Part shown: positions 43,496 through 56,737 of the stretch, in pieces | How positions within the stretch are numbered: the first letter of the stretch is position 1 | Layout of the letters: the number at the start of each line of letters is the position of its first letter | Source: the human T2T-CHM13v2.0 reference genome, Homo sapiens | Assembly: GCF_009914755.1 (NCBI RefSeq) | Contig: NC_060927.1 | Reading direction: 5' to 3' (one strand) | Length of the DNA stretch: 64,000 bases | The notes under the pieces: model-generated | Told to the model about the DNA's origin: nothing | The model's input: only the letters and a program-made list of their open reading frames with translations | The model's database searches: none | Program-made: the position numbers and the translations under genes

Positions 43496-43827
43496 CAAGT
43501 TACAACACTCCAAAATCTTAAATGGTCTAAAATTCAAAATGTTTTCAGTGCCAAGATGATTCCACAAGTAAAAAATTTTATACCTAAACTGCTATGATAG
43601 GTCACAGTCAAAACTTTATTTTATATACACAATTATTTAAGATATTATATAAAATTACTTTCAGGCTATGTGTATAAGGTATACATAAAACATGAATAAA
43701 TTTTCTGTTTAGACTAGGGTTCCATCTCCAACCTCATTATGTATATGTTAATATTCCAAAATCCTTAACATTCTAAATCCAAAACCCTTCTGATCCCAAG
43801 CATTTTGGGTAACAGTTACTCAATCTG
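43496..43827 (+). mobile_element. Tigger4b/MER46-type TcMar DNA transposon
   Basis: AAAATTACTTTCAGGCTATGTGTATAAGGTATA...CCCAAGCATTTTGGGTAACAGTTACTCAATCTG followed by TA. Confidence 0.85.
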
Positions 43828-44563
43828 TATCTAATTTAGGCTTTGTATGTATACATTGGGCTGTATTTATTTGTCACGACAGTAAGAAGGTAATTTATAA
43901 ATTGGCCTGTGTTGATTCAGAGAGACCGAGAATCCTTGCCCTTTCCCAGTGAAGGAATATGGGGTGCTCAGACTATAATGAAGTGCCAAACGTTTGGAGT
44001 TGGAAAAAAGAGGAATGAAAGAAAGTGTACAGAAGACAAAAGGGCTTCAACCAGTCTGTGGAGTCAAATAATCTAGTTAGAAAAAGAAGACTAAGCTCCA
44101 GAAAAAAAGCACATAGCTCACTGCAGCCGTGTGGGCACAGTAAAACACTTTCACACAACCAATATACCATCTTTGGGGGAAGGAAAGAAATTCTGCAATT
44201 CTGAAAGACTCATGCTTTGTTCATAAGTAAAGTACTCCTAACACATTATTTAAACCAATACCAGATTTGTTAAATTAAACATTTAAACTAAAAACTGAAA
44301 GAGAAATTCTTTGAACCACTGAAGTCTGAAAGGGTTATTTGGCAAGCATAGGTTGCCTGACACACATTAAAAAATGAGATGGAAGAGAACATTCTGGATC
44401 TTATTAGAATAATTGTCTATGCTTTATATTAACTTGATTATGTCTTTGATTTTTGAAGAGACCAAAGTTCTCACATTTAAAAGAGCTAAGTTTCTTTACA
44501 ATTATATTACCTCCTATGATTACTTTCAAAATCTTTTCTTGTCACTTTGATTAAGTAGGTAAC

Positions 44564-47030
44564 TGACATGGCTTGGTTCTGTGTCCCCACCAAATCTCAT
44601 GTTGAATTGTAATCTCCAACATTGGAGGTGGGGCCTGGTGGGAAGTGATTGGATGAATCATGGGGGTGGATCCTTCAGTAATGGCTTAGCACCATCCCCT
44701 TGGTGCTGTTTTCATGATAGAGTTTTTGCAAAATCTGGTTGTTTAAAAGTATGTAGCACCTCTACCCACTTCTTCCTGCTCTAGCCATATGAAGTACTGA
44801 CTCCCTTTTCATCTTCCTCCATGATTTTCCCTGAGGCTCCCCCAGAAACCAAGTGGATGCCAGCATCATGCTCACGTATAGCTGTAAAACAATAGCCAAT
44901 TAAACCCCTTTTCTTTATAAATCACCCAGTCTCAGGTATTTTTGTATAGTAATGTGAGAATGGACTAATACAGAAAATTGGTGCTGAGGAGTGGGATTTT
45001 GCTATAAACATACCTGAAAATGTGGAAGCAACTTTGAAACTCAGTAATGGGCAGATGTTGGAAGAATGTGGAGGGCTCAGAAGAAGACAGGAAGATGAAG
45101 GAAAGTTTAGGACTTCCTAGAGACTGCTTGAATAGTTATGACAGAAATGCTGATAGTGATGTGGAAAGAGATGGCCAGGCTGATGAGGTCTCAGATGGAG
45201 GTGAGAAACTTATTGGACACTGGAGTAAAGGTCACTTTTGCTATGCTTTAGGAAAAAGCCCGGCTGCATTATGCCCCTGTCCTAGAGATCTGTGGAACTT
45301 TGAACTTGACAGTGATGATTTAGGGTATCTGATAGAAGAAGTTTTGAAGCCCCAAGGCATTCAAGATTTCACCTGGCTGCTTCTAACAACCTGAGTTCAT
45401 ATGCATGAGCAAAGAAATGATGTAAATTTGGAACTTATATTTAAAAGGGAAGCAGAACATAAAAGTTTGAAAAATTTGCAGCCTGGCCAAGTAGTAGAAG
45501 AAACAAAACAAAACAAAACACTACCAGGAGAAGAATTCAAGCAGGTTGCAGAAATTTGCATAAGTAAAAGGAATCCAAGTGCTGATAGTTAAGACAATGG
45601 AGAGAAGGTATCAAAGGCATTTCAGAGACCTTTATGACAGCCCATCCCATCACAGACCCAGAGGTCTAGGAGGACTGAATGCAGGACTGCTACCTGCATC
45701 CCAGCTGTTCCAGCTCCAACCACGGTTCAAAGGGACCCAGGTACAGTTTGGGCCACTGCTTCAGGGGGTGCAAGCCATAAGCCTTAGAGGCTTCCATGTG
45801 TCGTTAAGCCTGTGGGTGCACAGAGTGCAAGAGTTGGGACTTGGAAGCCTCTGCCTAGACTTCAGAGAATGTATGGAAAAGCATGGATATCCAGGCAGAA
45901 GCCTGCTGCAGGGGCTGAGCCCTCATGGAGAACCCCTACCAGGGTGTTGCAGAGGAGAAATATAGAGTTGGAACCCCTACACAGAGTCTTCATTGGAACC
46001 CTGCCTAGTGGAGTTGTGAGAAGAGGGCCACCATCTGCCAGATCTCAGAATGGTAGATTCACTGACAGTTTGCACCATGTCCCTGAAAAATCTGCAGGCA
46101 CACAATGCCGGCTCTTGAAAGCAGTGATGAAGGTTGTGTCCTGCAAAGCCACAGGGGCAGAGCTGCCCAAGGTCTTTGGAGCCCAACCCTTGCATCAGTG
46201 TTCCTTGGATGTGAGACATGGAATCAAAGGAAATTATTTTAGAGCTGTAAGATTTAATGACTGCCCTGCCTGGTTTTGGACTTGCATGGGGCCTGTAATC
46301 TCTTTCTTTGGGCCAATTTCTCTCTTTTGGAGTAAGAGAATTTACCCAGTGCCTATACCCCCATTTTATCTTGAAGGTAACTAACTTCTTTTTAATTTTA
46401 CAGGCTCATTGGCAGAAGGGACTAGCCTTATCTGAGTCTTTGAACTTGAACCTTTGAGTTAATGCTAGAATGAGGTAAGACTTTGGGGGACTGTAGGGAG
46501 GCCAAGATTGTATTTTTAATGTAAGGACATGAAATTTGACGGGGGGGGGGCAAGGATGGAATGATATGATTTGGATCTATGTCCCCACCAAATCTCATGT
46601 AAAATTGTAATCCTAAGTGTTGAAGGGGTGGTCTGGTGGAGGTGACTGGATCATGGGGGTGGATCCTTTATTAATGGCTTAGCACTATCCCCTTGTTGTG
46701 GTCCTTATGATAGAGTTCTCACAAGATCTGGTTGTTCAAACGTGTGTAGCACCTCCCTGCCCCCTTCTCCCTGCTCTAGCCATGTGAAATGCTGGCTCAC
46801 CTTCACCTTCCACCATGATTGTAAGTTGCCTGAGGCTTCCCCAGAAGCCGAGAAGATGCCAGTACTTTGCTTCCTGTATAGCCTGCAGAACTGTGAGCCA
46901 ACTAAATGGCTTTTTAAAATAAATTACCCAACCTTTGTTCCTTTCTGTCCACAGTTTTCAGGTAATTAATGATCCAATCTCAGGGTTTTTTTTTTTTTTT
47001 TTTACAGGAGTGTGAGAATGGATTAGTACA
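44564..47030 (+). mobile_element. Full-structure MSTA-like MaLR provirus (LTR 44564-44972, internal, LTR 46562-47030)
   Basis: Two MST LTRs (ATGGCTTAGCACCATCCCCTTGG), MST-int, perfect TSD GTAAC at 44559-44563 and 47031-47035. Confidence 0.95.
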
Positions 47031-47066
47031 GTAACTAAGTGTTTTTTGGTAACCCATTAGCCTACC

Positions 47067-48773
47067 TGTAGCAAGTTGAATAGTGGCCTTTAAAAGTTTA
47101 TATTCATTTGAAATCTCAGAATGTGACCTTATGTAAAAATAAGGTCTTTGCTGATATAATTAGTGGAGGACGTCACACTGCATGGGATGGGCCCTAAATA
47201 CAATGCCTGTGTCCTTATTCGAGATGAGATGGCACAAAAGAAAACACACAGTGAGGAAAATTCTTGTGAAAAAGAGACAAAGATTGGTGTGATATTTCCA
47301 TAATTTAAGGAATGCTGAAGATCACAGGGAGCCCTTGGAAGCTAGGAAAAGGCAATGAAAGGCTTTTACCTAGAACCTGCAGAGACAACATGGCCCTACT
47401 ACCTCTTGATTTCAGAATTCTGGTCTCCTGAACTGTGAGTGAATATAATTATGTTGGTTTTTGCTACCAAGTTTATGCTAATTTTTTATGACAACCCTCA
47501 GAAATTAATACAGACTTTGGTACTGAGAAGTGGGTGCTGCTGTAATATATATTTCAAAATGTGGAAGTGGTTTCAGAATTAGGTAATGGGTAGAAGGTTG
47601 AAGAATTTTGAAATGTTTGATAGAAAAAATCTAGTTTATCTTGGAGAGATGATTTGTAGAATTATAGGCACCAAATGTGATGAGGGCTTTGATGAAAATA
47701 AGGAAGACAGGAGAGAAACTGCTGACATTTACAGAATACATGTTATCTTTATGAATAAAATGTTAAAATATAAACATTAAACATGAGGTGTCAGAAGAAA
47801 ATGAGAAATATAATATTGGAAAAGGGAAGAAAGGTGATCCTGGATGTAGAATGGCAGAAAATTTGGCCAAACTGTGTTCAAATATTAGGTAGAAAGTAGA
47901 ACTATAAGAAATGGACTTGTATGCTGAGGTAAGGAGATTTTAAAGCAATGTTGAAAAGGTTTGGCCTGGTTTCTCTTTGTTGCTTATAATAAAATGAAAG
48001 AAGAAAAAGATAAATTGAGGATGAAATTCTTAAGCAAAATGGAATCAACACTAGATGGTTTGTAAAACTCTCAGCCTATCCAGATAGCCATAGATGAGAA
48101 AGTATGTTTTATAGAAAACATGAAGAGTGTTGCTCAACAACCTTTTGGTAAAGAGTTCAGACATGTGACTTATGGAGTCAATAAAACATTTGAGCAGAAT
48201 CCATAAACAGAGAGCAGGTTCTAGGGGAAGAATTTGAAGAGGGAGGTTGACACACATAAAAATCAACAAGGTTTTTGAGAATGTTATATTGGGAGACACA
48301 CTGAAAGTGCAGACAGAAAGGAACAAAGATGGAATAAAATGAAGGAGAAATGACTTGGAGGGCACAGTTTCAGATGTCAGAGAGGGAGAGGCTGCTGACA
48401 GTGCCAATGCCCGGAAGGTAGTTGCCAACTACAGAGATGCCATAGGCCTAGAAGGTACAGCCACAGGCCCAGAGGGCAGAAAAATGAGTCAAAGAATTAT
48501 TCTTAGGCCTTGAATCCTAATATAGTTTGCCTTGGCAGCTTTCAAATTTGCTTGGCATCAGTGACCTCTTTATTTCTTTCAATCTTCCCTTTTAGAAAAG
48601 ATTAAGGAATAAGAATATCTATCTTATGCCTATTCCAACTTCAGAGGGAGCATCACTCTGTAGAAACCTTGATTTGAACTTCTGGCCTTCTGCACTGGAA
48701 GAGAGTAAATTTCTGTTGTTTTAAGCTACCAAGTTCATGGTAATTTCTTATTGCAGACTAGGAAACTAATACA
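47067..48773 (+). mobile_element. MLT1C-like provirus: LTR 47067-47512, internal, partial 3' LTR about 48640-48773
   Basis: CAGAATGTGACCTTATGTAAAAATAAGGTCTTTGCTGAT; internal start GACTTTGGTACTGAGAAGTGGGTGCTGCTGTAA; end GGAAACTAATACA. Confidence 0.88.
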
Positions 48774-49226
48774 CACTTTTAATTAAGTGTTCAAAATATT
48801 CTGATGGTTTTTGATATTTTATCTTCCTGAGATTGACCCCAAAAAATATCCTTTGCCCTTGCAGTTGTCTTCAAAATGTTTCTAAGTGTCCCTTGAAAAA
48901 TCACAAAGATTTACTTCTTAACCTTATAAAACTTGAGGTGTTAAAAACAATTAGGTTTTTTTGGTGAGTGATTCATGATGAGTTGCATGGCAAGAACAAT
49001 TAAATCAAAAAAAGATACTAGTCTGCCTTAGGTTAAATTTACATTGGTAAAATATTATTAAAGATAATATTTTAGAAGCTCTAAAGTGTAAGAAAAATTC
49101 TATAGATTTGCTACTGTCCTAATTGTTTATAATTTTTGTTTATATTTATCAGAATTATGTTTCTGGTCCTGCTTTGCCTATTATCACAAGAAAAATATAA
49201 TTATCTCAGTTATAATTCCTTTTATT

Positions 49227-49538
49227 ATTTTTCCTTTTTTTATTTTTATTTTTTTGAGAGGGAGTCTCACTCTGTCACCCAGGCTAGAGCGCAGTGGCAC
49301 AATCTCGGCTTACTGCAACCTCCACCTCCCAGGTTCAAGCGATTCTCCTGCCTCAGCACCCCCAAGTGGCCTGGATTATAGACGTCCACCACCACGCCCA
49401 ACTAATTTTTGTATTTTTAGTAGAGACGGGGTTTCACTGTGTTGGCCAGGCTGGCCTCGAACTCCGGACCTCAGGTGATCTTCCCGCCTCGGCCTCCCAA
49501 AGTGCTGGGATTACAGGCATGAGCTACCACGCCTGGCC
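49227..49538 (-). mobile_element. AluSx-like SINE
   Basis: Full antisense Alu; TSD AATT(C/T)CTTTTATT. Confidence 0.97.
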
Positions 49539-51269
49539 AATTTCTTTTATTAAAAATGCTAACGTGGCTATAATTTTATGTTTAGAATTTTCATCTAGAA
49601 TCTTTTAGGGTAGTGGCTTTAAACGAGGGATTTGCATCATTTACTCTGGGGTTTTATTAACACAGAAATGTTTAGGACCTAATTCACACTTAAAAATTTT
49701 GTTTACTTGATCATATATATTTGATGTTTTCTAACTATACGCTTGAAATATTCGCAGTGTATTACATATCAGAATTATCATGTGTTTTTGTTGTACAAGT
49801 TATATTTATTTTTAAAGATTATATGTAATATTCAGCCTTTTAAAAAGCAGAGTTAATCATTTTGTGTATAGATAGATATCTTGTCTAAAACTTTTTTTGG
49901 ATTAACTTTATTACCTTGCTTGATTTGCCACAGAAAGATCAAATTTCTTTGTCAGTGCATTATTCTTATAATGAACTTTCCTCAGAGTTTTAAGTTTTGA
50001 ACATTATCAGTAATAAGTTAATTATGGGCATTTTAATATTTTATGAGCTAAAGGCTTTGCTGTTGTTGTTCCTTTATTTTAATGCTCCTCTGGAAGTTCT
50101 TGTAATCAGCCACATGCTTATGCATTTCATCTTCAGTGAAAAACTGTTATAAAGCTCCAATGAAAAGGACTATGCCAGGTACTATTGGGCACAGATGATG
50201 TAACCAACGTTAAGGCCACGCTAACGTATTATTGAGTCAGAATTTCCAGAACTCTAGTGGAGAAGCAGATGGATTGATTAGATTGTCAACTCAAGATGGA
50301 GTGGAATAAAAATTAATTAGATAGTAAAGAATAAACAAATGAGGGATGCTATTTTTTTTGTTCAGAATACTGCTGATGTTTTAATCTTCTATTTTCAGGA
50401 TATATTAGGAAGCCCTTTTGTCTTCCTAAGTTACCTATAACTCAAAACAATTTAGTAGAGTCTGCTTTTGTAAACAGAAAAAAATTATATCTTATTCTAC
50501 CTACCTGATCCCTCAAGGATTTAAAATAAATATTAAATATATTTATTTTCATAGCAATATAATTATTTACATAGGTTTGATAAGAACATATCTTCCTTGA
50601 TATAGATAATTGGAAACATTGGTTATTCAAATGTCAACCAAAATTATTAAATGGATCTGAATCCAGTTTTAAAGAGTTTAGCCAAATGAAAATCTAGGAA
50701 TAGCCATTTGGGAGACACAGGCTCCAGAGAAATGGGATCAGTGGTTCACAATTAAATATAAGTTCTTGCTTATATAGGCAGAAAAGAAATAAATTTAACA
50801 GAATTACAACATTTTGTATATCTGGCTGGCTTATGAGTTACAACAAATTAATTATTGTTTTATTTTTCATACAGGTTGTTTCCATTTCTTTTTAAGTTTA
50901 AGAGCATATTTTAGATTCCATCTTAAGACAATGTAACAGCTGTGAGTCTTTTCATGAGAAAGAAAAGAAGGCAGTTAGTCTATAATGAAGATGAACTGTC
51001 AAGAGCATGTGAAGGGGAAAGGGGTCTTCCCTGGCACCAATCAGTCATTTATATTTTACAAAACAATGCAGGCAAGGAAGAGGCTAATCTTTAATCATAG
51101 AAACAAAAGCTACAGTTTCCTAGGTTAAAGCTGTCTGTGACATGACTCAAGTCCCATAATTACACTTTTTTAAGTTCAAAATAATTGGGAATAACTTAAA
51201 TTTTAATGACTTATTTTTCACATTTTCTGCCTTCTTATCAAGAACTTTCAAAGAAAGCATCTTAGATGA

Positions 51270-51485
51270 TGATATGATTTGACTGTGTCCCCACCCAAAT
51301 CTCATCTTGAATTCTATTATAGTTCCCATAATCCTCATATGTCGTGGGAGGGACCAGTAGGAGGTAATTGAATCATGGCTGTGGCCATCCTCATGCTGTT
51401 TTCCTAATAATGAGGCACCTTTTCTCAGGGCAGCAGGAGAGAGAAGTGCTGAGCAAAGGAGGGAAAGCCCCTTTTAAAACCATCA
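51270..51485 (+). mobile_element. Truncated THE1C-like LTR with an internal inversion
   Basis: Sense 51270-51414, then antisense LTR sequence 51413-51485. Confidence 0.85.
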
Positions 51486-51815
51486 TCATAATATGATTAC
51501 AATAGGTGACTATATCTCCTTTTACTAATAAGGAAGCACAATTTCTGGAAACATTTTCATTGGTCTGCTTGTTATAATTTCAAATGGAGATAACTCGTGC
51601 TTGAAGGAAGTCAATCTTAGGTTTTGCAAAAACAGTGCAAGAACTTTTTGCTAAGAGATTTTTAACAGCCTTGGTTAATATTGCCAGTTGTTTACCAATC
51701 TAGATAACCGGGGGTGATAAGCACAATGGACATTGTATAGAATAGGTCTGACTATATATACTGATTAAATTATGTGTCCAGTGAAGTCGGTGCTTCTGTC
51801 ACTATGAGGTTCTAG

Positions 51816-52239
<424 letters not shown>

Positions 52240-52641
52240 TAAGAAAGCATGCAAATCATTATCAGGGCATGTTATAGCCTCAGCAGAGTGGCAGTTGGAT
52301 AAAATCTAGTTGCCGTATTTCAAAGGGAGCCTCAGGTAAAGGAAAGTGTCCTTGGGAACAATGTGATAGTTTTCCTGGATTATATTTTGGGCAAATATGT
52401 CAGTGGTCGTACACCTTATGACCCATAGTTGGAGAAGGTTTTCAATAATACTGTTTTCCTTAAGCAACCATTTTGCCAAGACTCCAGTGAGTTAGACCAT
52501 CTACATAAATTAAAAAGAATAACTGTAATTTAGCAGGAAATAGGGATGAATTATTTGGTGTATACTATATCTCACCTTTTGGGGAGTTTTTTTCCATTTT
52601 TATTTTCCAACCTTTTTTTTTTCTGATTTTGGGACTTTGGA

Positions 52642-52899
52642 TCAAGTTACTTTTATGACAAATTCAGATGCTTCTTTAAAAGTTAATATAAGTTGGTTTT
52701 CCTGTTTAGATATGTTTTGAATAGCTCTCTTTGCTACCTTCTCAGCTAGCTGATTTCCTCTGCTTTCTGGAGTATCTGATTTGGAATGACCTGGGATTTT
52801 AATAATGGCCAGTGATTTTGGCCAGCAGTAGCTGTTAGGCCTATTAAGTGGCTCAAGTACTTTACATGTAACTACTTTACCTGTTTTTGACAAAATCAA
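52642..52899 (-). pseudogene. Retroviral RNase H C-terminal remnant
   Basis: ORF-track peptide PKSLAIIKIPGHSKSDTPESRGNQLAEKVAKRA matches the retroviral RNase H GH...GN..AD..AK motif, with the last Asp replaced by Glu. Confidence 0.85.
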
Positions 52900-55801
52900 A
52901 GTTTCTGTTTTTAGATAACTTTCATTTTAGATAACCTTGCTTTAAGGAAAGGTCATCATTGCTGTATTTTCTTCCAGTTGACTACCTTTTGGAAGACTAA
53001 AGGCATGGCTACAAGCAGAGCCTTTGCAGTTTCACAGGCATGCCTGCAGTCTTCTTCTGAACCTGTACGGAAATCCTCTAGGGGATTTATCTAAAGGGCT
53101 CTATCTATCAATCCTTAGCCTTACTTTCTGAAACTAACATGTGAACTAGTTGATATAAATCAGAAAAGCAGGGTCACACGCTTGAATATTTAGTTTAAAT
53201 TCTTTGGCAAAGTCAGTAGAGTCCTGATGAGGATTGGGAAAATCCTTAATTATGCCTTTAAGTTCTATCTTTGGCCATGGCTGATAAAGGCAGGTTCCTG
53301 CCCCTTGAGACACACTGATTGTTGATGAAACAAGGCCAGAACCATCAGGGACAGGAGGTGAAGAAAGGGAAGGCAGATCAGGGTAACGTAAGTCAGACAG
53401 TAAAGGGGAAGGAGGAAAAGGAGCTAAGGGAATAGAAGGAGAAGCTTCAGAGGGAGAAGCTTCAGCAGCCTTTTTAAATTAGGAAAATGTTTTAGATAAT
53501 CTTTTGTTTTCTCTCTGTAAAGAAATAACTTTATAAGAACCTCTTTTGGACCCTTCCAAATACCACTGGAAAAAACTCTTCCAATTATTCTCTTTTATTC
53601 TAGAGCTGGCATTTACTAATTGAAAGCACAAATGAACTAGTTTAGGCACTTCAAAGATACCCTGCCTTGGCTATTTCAATTTAGGGTTGTCACAAGTTAT
53701 ATATGACTATTTATCTAAATCACAACAAGAGGTCGCACCATAAGTATTTTACAGGAATTCAACTGTAAATTGAATTCATCTGTAAATTGAAATCTAAAGA
53801 TTCTAAAGGTGGTTTCCTCCTTAAGATGGACTCAGTTTTAGTTGGCTGATTGTTCATTATTTATATTTTCCTTGTAGGTGATCAAAGCTAAAAGGAAAGA
53901 TGTTTCGGATCAAATGTACTGCTTATGGGAATAGCTCCCCAACATGTCGCCCTTTGTTCACTTCTTCTCTCTCATGTGTCACGATGAACGTCAGGAATTG
54001 TGGGCTGCTTAAAGCACTGGGAGTTCACCCTTCATGTGGGCCCACCAGTTTAAGCAAATTCCCCTGTATTTTTTTTCTGGCGGGGGAGGGATTCCCTATG
54101 AGACTTTTCTGTTTTGTTTTGTTTTCATGAACTATAAACTCCAACCCTGCCACGTGACCTCAGTTGCGTGAGGTGCCTTTCGGCTGGGAAGAGCAGTCTT
54201 CTTTCATCTTTGGGGCTTCTCACATTCTCATTAAGGTCTTTTAAATATATTCTTGGTCACTCAAAAAAAGAATTTAAATGTGCCAATATGAACTGAGCTT
54301 CAGGACTTGACAGTTTTAAATCGCAAATTTTGCTTAAGCCACCGACATTCACTCTCTTTCTCTTTAACCAGATTTGCATAAGAGAAAAGCTTGCAGCTTT
54401 TAGCAAGTAAGACAAACAAAACCTTAACTTCAAAGAAGAGTGAACCACAAACATGCAAACAGCAGAATCTCTAGAGGAAAATCAAACACAACTCCTACCT
54501 TAAAGCAGTAGAGCTTAAATTCCAGCCCCATGGAGCATGGAATTGGGTCACTTGAATAAAGTCTGACTCTCACTTAAGCCAGGGTGATTTGGAACCCAAG
54601 AGGGGCCCTGCTAAGAGCTCCCACAAAATCCAGCAAAGTCGGTTGGATGGAAATTGTTTAGCCAGTAGCAGGTGCTGATTGATGAAGCAGAGGAGGTCAA
54701 GGCAAAGGTTCTCTTTGGGTCCCTTCCTGAGGCACCAAATATGTCAACCTGAAATAATCAAAAGGATCAGAGTCCGGTTTTAGAGTTTATTCAAGTGAAA
54801 AGCTTGTAAGAGCCATTCCAGAGACAGACTCCAGAGAAATGGAGTCAGTGTTCTGAAGTTAAAAGTTAAGTTCTTATATAGGAAGAAAACAAAGAAAATT
54901 AACAGATTTACAATATTTTCTCAATATGACTCATTTTTGAGTTACAGTTTAATCATTTATTTTTTTCCTGTATACCTTATTTCCATATCCTTACCAATTT
55001 AAAAGAGTATGCTTAACATACCATTTTAAGACAATATGATGGTCATGAAGTCTTTGTGTGGGAAAGGTAAGAGAGAAGTTAATCTATAATGAAAATCAAC
55101 AATGAAAATGGAAGGGATCTTACCTGGTGCTTTTCAATGATTTAAAACATTTTACCAAACAACACAGGTAAGGGAGAGGCTAATCTATAATCATAGAAAC
55201 AAAAATTACAGCTTTCTAGGTTACAGATGCCTGCCACGCAACTCAGACCTTATACTCACATTTATTTAAGGTTCAAAATGAGTTCCAACAGCTTACATTT
55301 TGAAGTAGTAATTTTCACACAGCCAAAGCCTTGACTAGAATGTCATCTTTGAGAATGGTGCTCATTTAATGGGACATGACCAGAAACTTTTAAATAAGCG
55401 AGTTTGACTTTACAGAGGCAATGTTTACGAAACCTTCTTGGGGCGACTGCCATGGTCAATCACTTAAAATGGTTCCAAGCATTAAAATTGAGTCAGGAAA
55501 GTCACTCCTGGGAGGTCTAGGAACTTTAGCATATTTTGGACATCTCAGCAACATAGAATTTTTTCCAAATTAATTAGTACTGCAGATAAAATCTGGTAAA
55601 AATTTAGGGTTGGCTTCCTAGCTTCAAGCAGCTGTTAAGTCCAATTTAATTTTCCTTCTGTAAACTTCTAACAAAGTAATTCAAGAAGACCTAAATCGTA
55701 AACTATCATTCTTGTTGTACCTATGTTAGTAACTAGAATAGTGATACCAGCCTTATTTTGCAATAAAAATGATCTTTCCTTGAAGGTGCTTTTCATCAAA
55801 T

Positions 55802-56447
55802 TGTTACTGGTGGTGAATCTGTATGTGTCCACAGCAACCTTAATTCCTGCCTCCTCAGAAGAAAGAATTTGACTAAGGAGCATAAGGCAGAAGAAGAGAC
55901 AGAGGCAAGTTTCCGAGCAGAAATGAATGTTGATTTAAAAACTTTAGAGCAGAAATGAAAGGAAGTAAATTACACTTGGAAGAAGGCCAAGCTGGCAGAT
56001 TGACAGATCAAGTGCACAGTTTGACTTTTTGACTTGGGGTTTTCTATGTTGGCATGCTTCCAGAGGCTTCCATCCCTTCCCCCGATTCTTCTCTTGGGGT
56101 GGACTCTTTGCCTGTACAGCGACCTACCAGCATGTGGGAGGGGTTGTACACGCAGTGTGTTTACTGGAGTTGTGCACATGCTCACTTGAGGTGTTCTGCC
56201 TGTACCAGCCTGAATGTTCCTAGGTCGTATACCAGTTAAACTCTGCCTTTTTGCCACTTAATGCACATGCTTGAGCCCACTCGCCCACCTCCTGAGATCT
56301 AATTGGGAAGCTGGTGATTACCAGTTTCAGGTTTGTCTGTTTATTAGGAGGTGTTTATTTTCCTTGGTGCTGGCTGTGACCAATTTTTTTTTTAGAGATA
56401 CAGCTAACAACAGTCTGACTGTCATCTAATGGTCACCTGAATTCCTG

Positions 56448-56490
<43 letters not shown>

Positions 56491-56533
56491 TGGTGTGCTC
56501 TCCTACTGTGCTCATGTCTGACCTACTGTAACC
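55802..56533 (-). mobile_element. MER50 solo LTR with 4-bp TSD AAAT; contains (TG)n at 56450-56489
   Basis: TGCCTCCTCAGAAGAAAGAATTTGACTAAGGAGCATAAGGCAGAAG...CTCATGTCTGACCTACTGTAAC; AAAT at 55798-55801 and 56534-56537. Confidence 0.88.
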
Positions 56534-56737
56534 AAATGGGCCATCAAATTAGAGAAAATTTTTGTGTTTCAATAGAAACCTGTATTTTCTACAGTACTTT
56601 TTTGCAGGTTGTCAATTCCTGTTTTGCACCTCCGTAAATTCCTGATTACTGGCAAGTTTGCTACCACTGTCTTCCCTGATGGAGGTTCAATTTACATACA
56701 CTCTACTCCCCACCGCGCCCCCCAAAAAAATCCAAAA

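Noticed and set aside
45812-46384. 190-aa ORF, and related ORFs at 41264-41677 and 45047-45394
   Set aside because: Fragments of the decayed MaLR internal ORF, interrupted by stops and frameshifts; not a host gene
49136-49608. Alu-overlapping ORFs (also 213-404, 10396-10767, 22532-22774, 51901-52242)
   Set aside because: Standard antisense-Alu translations, not genes
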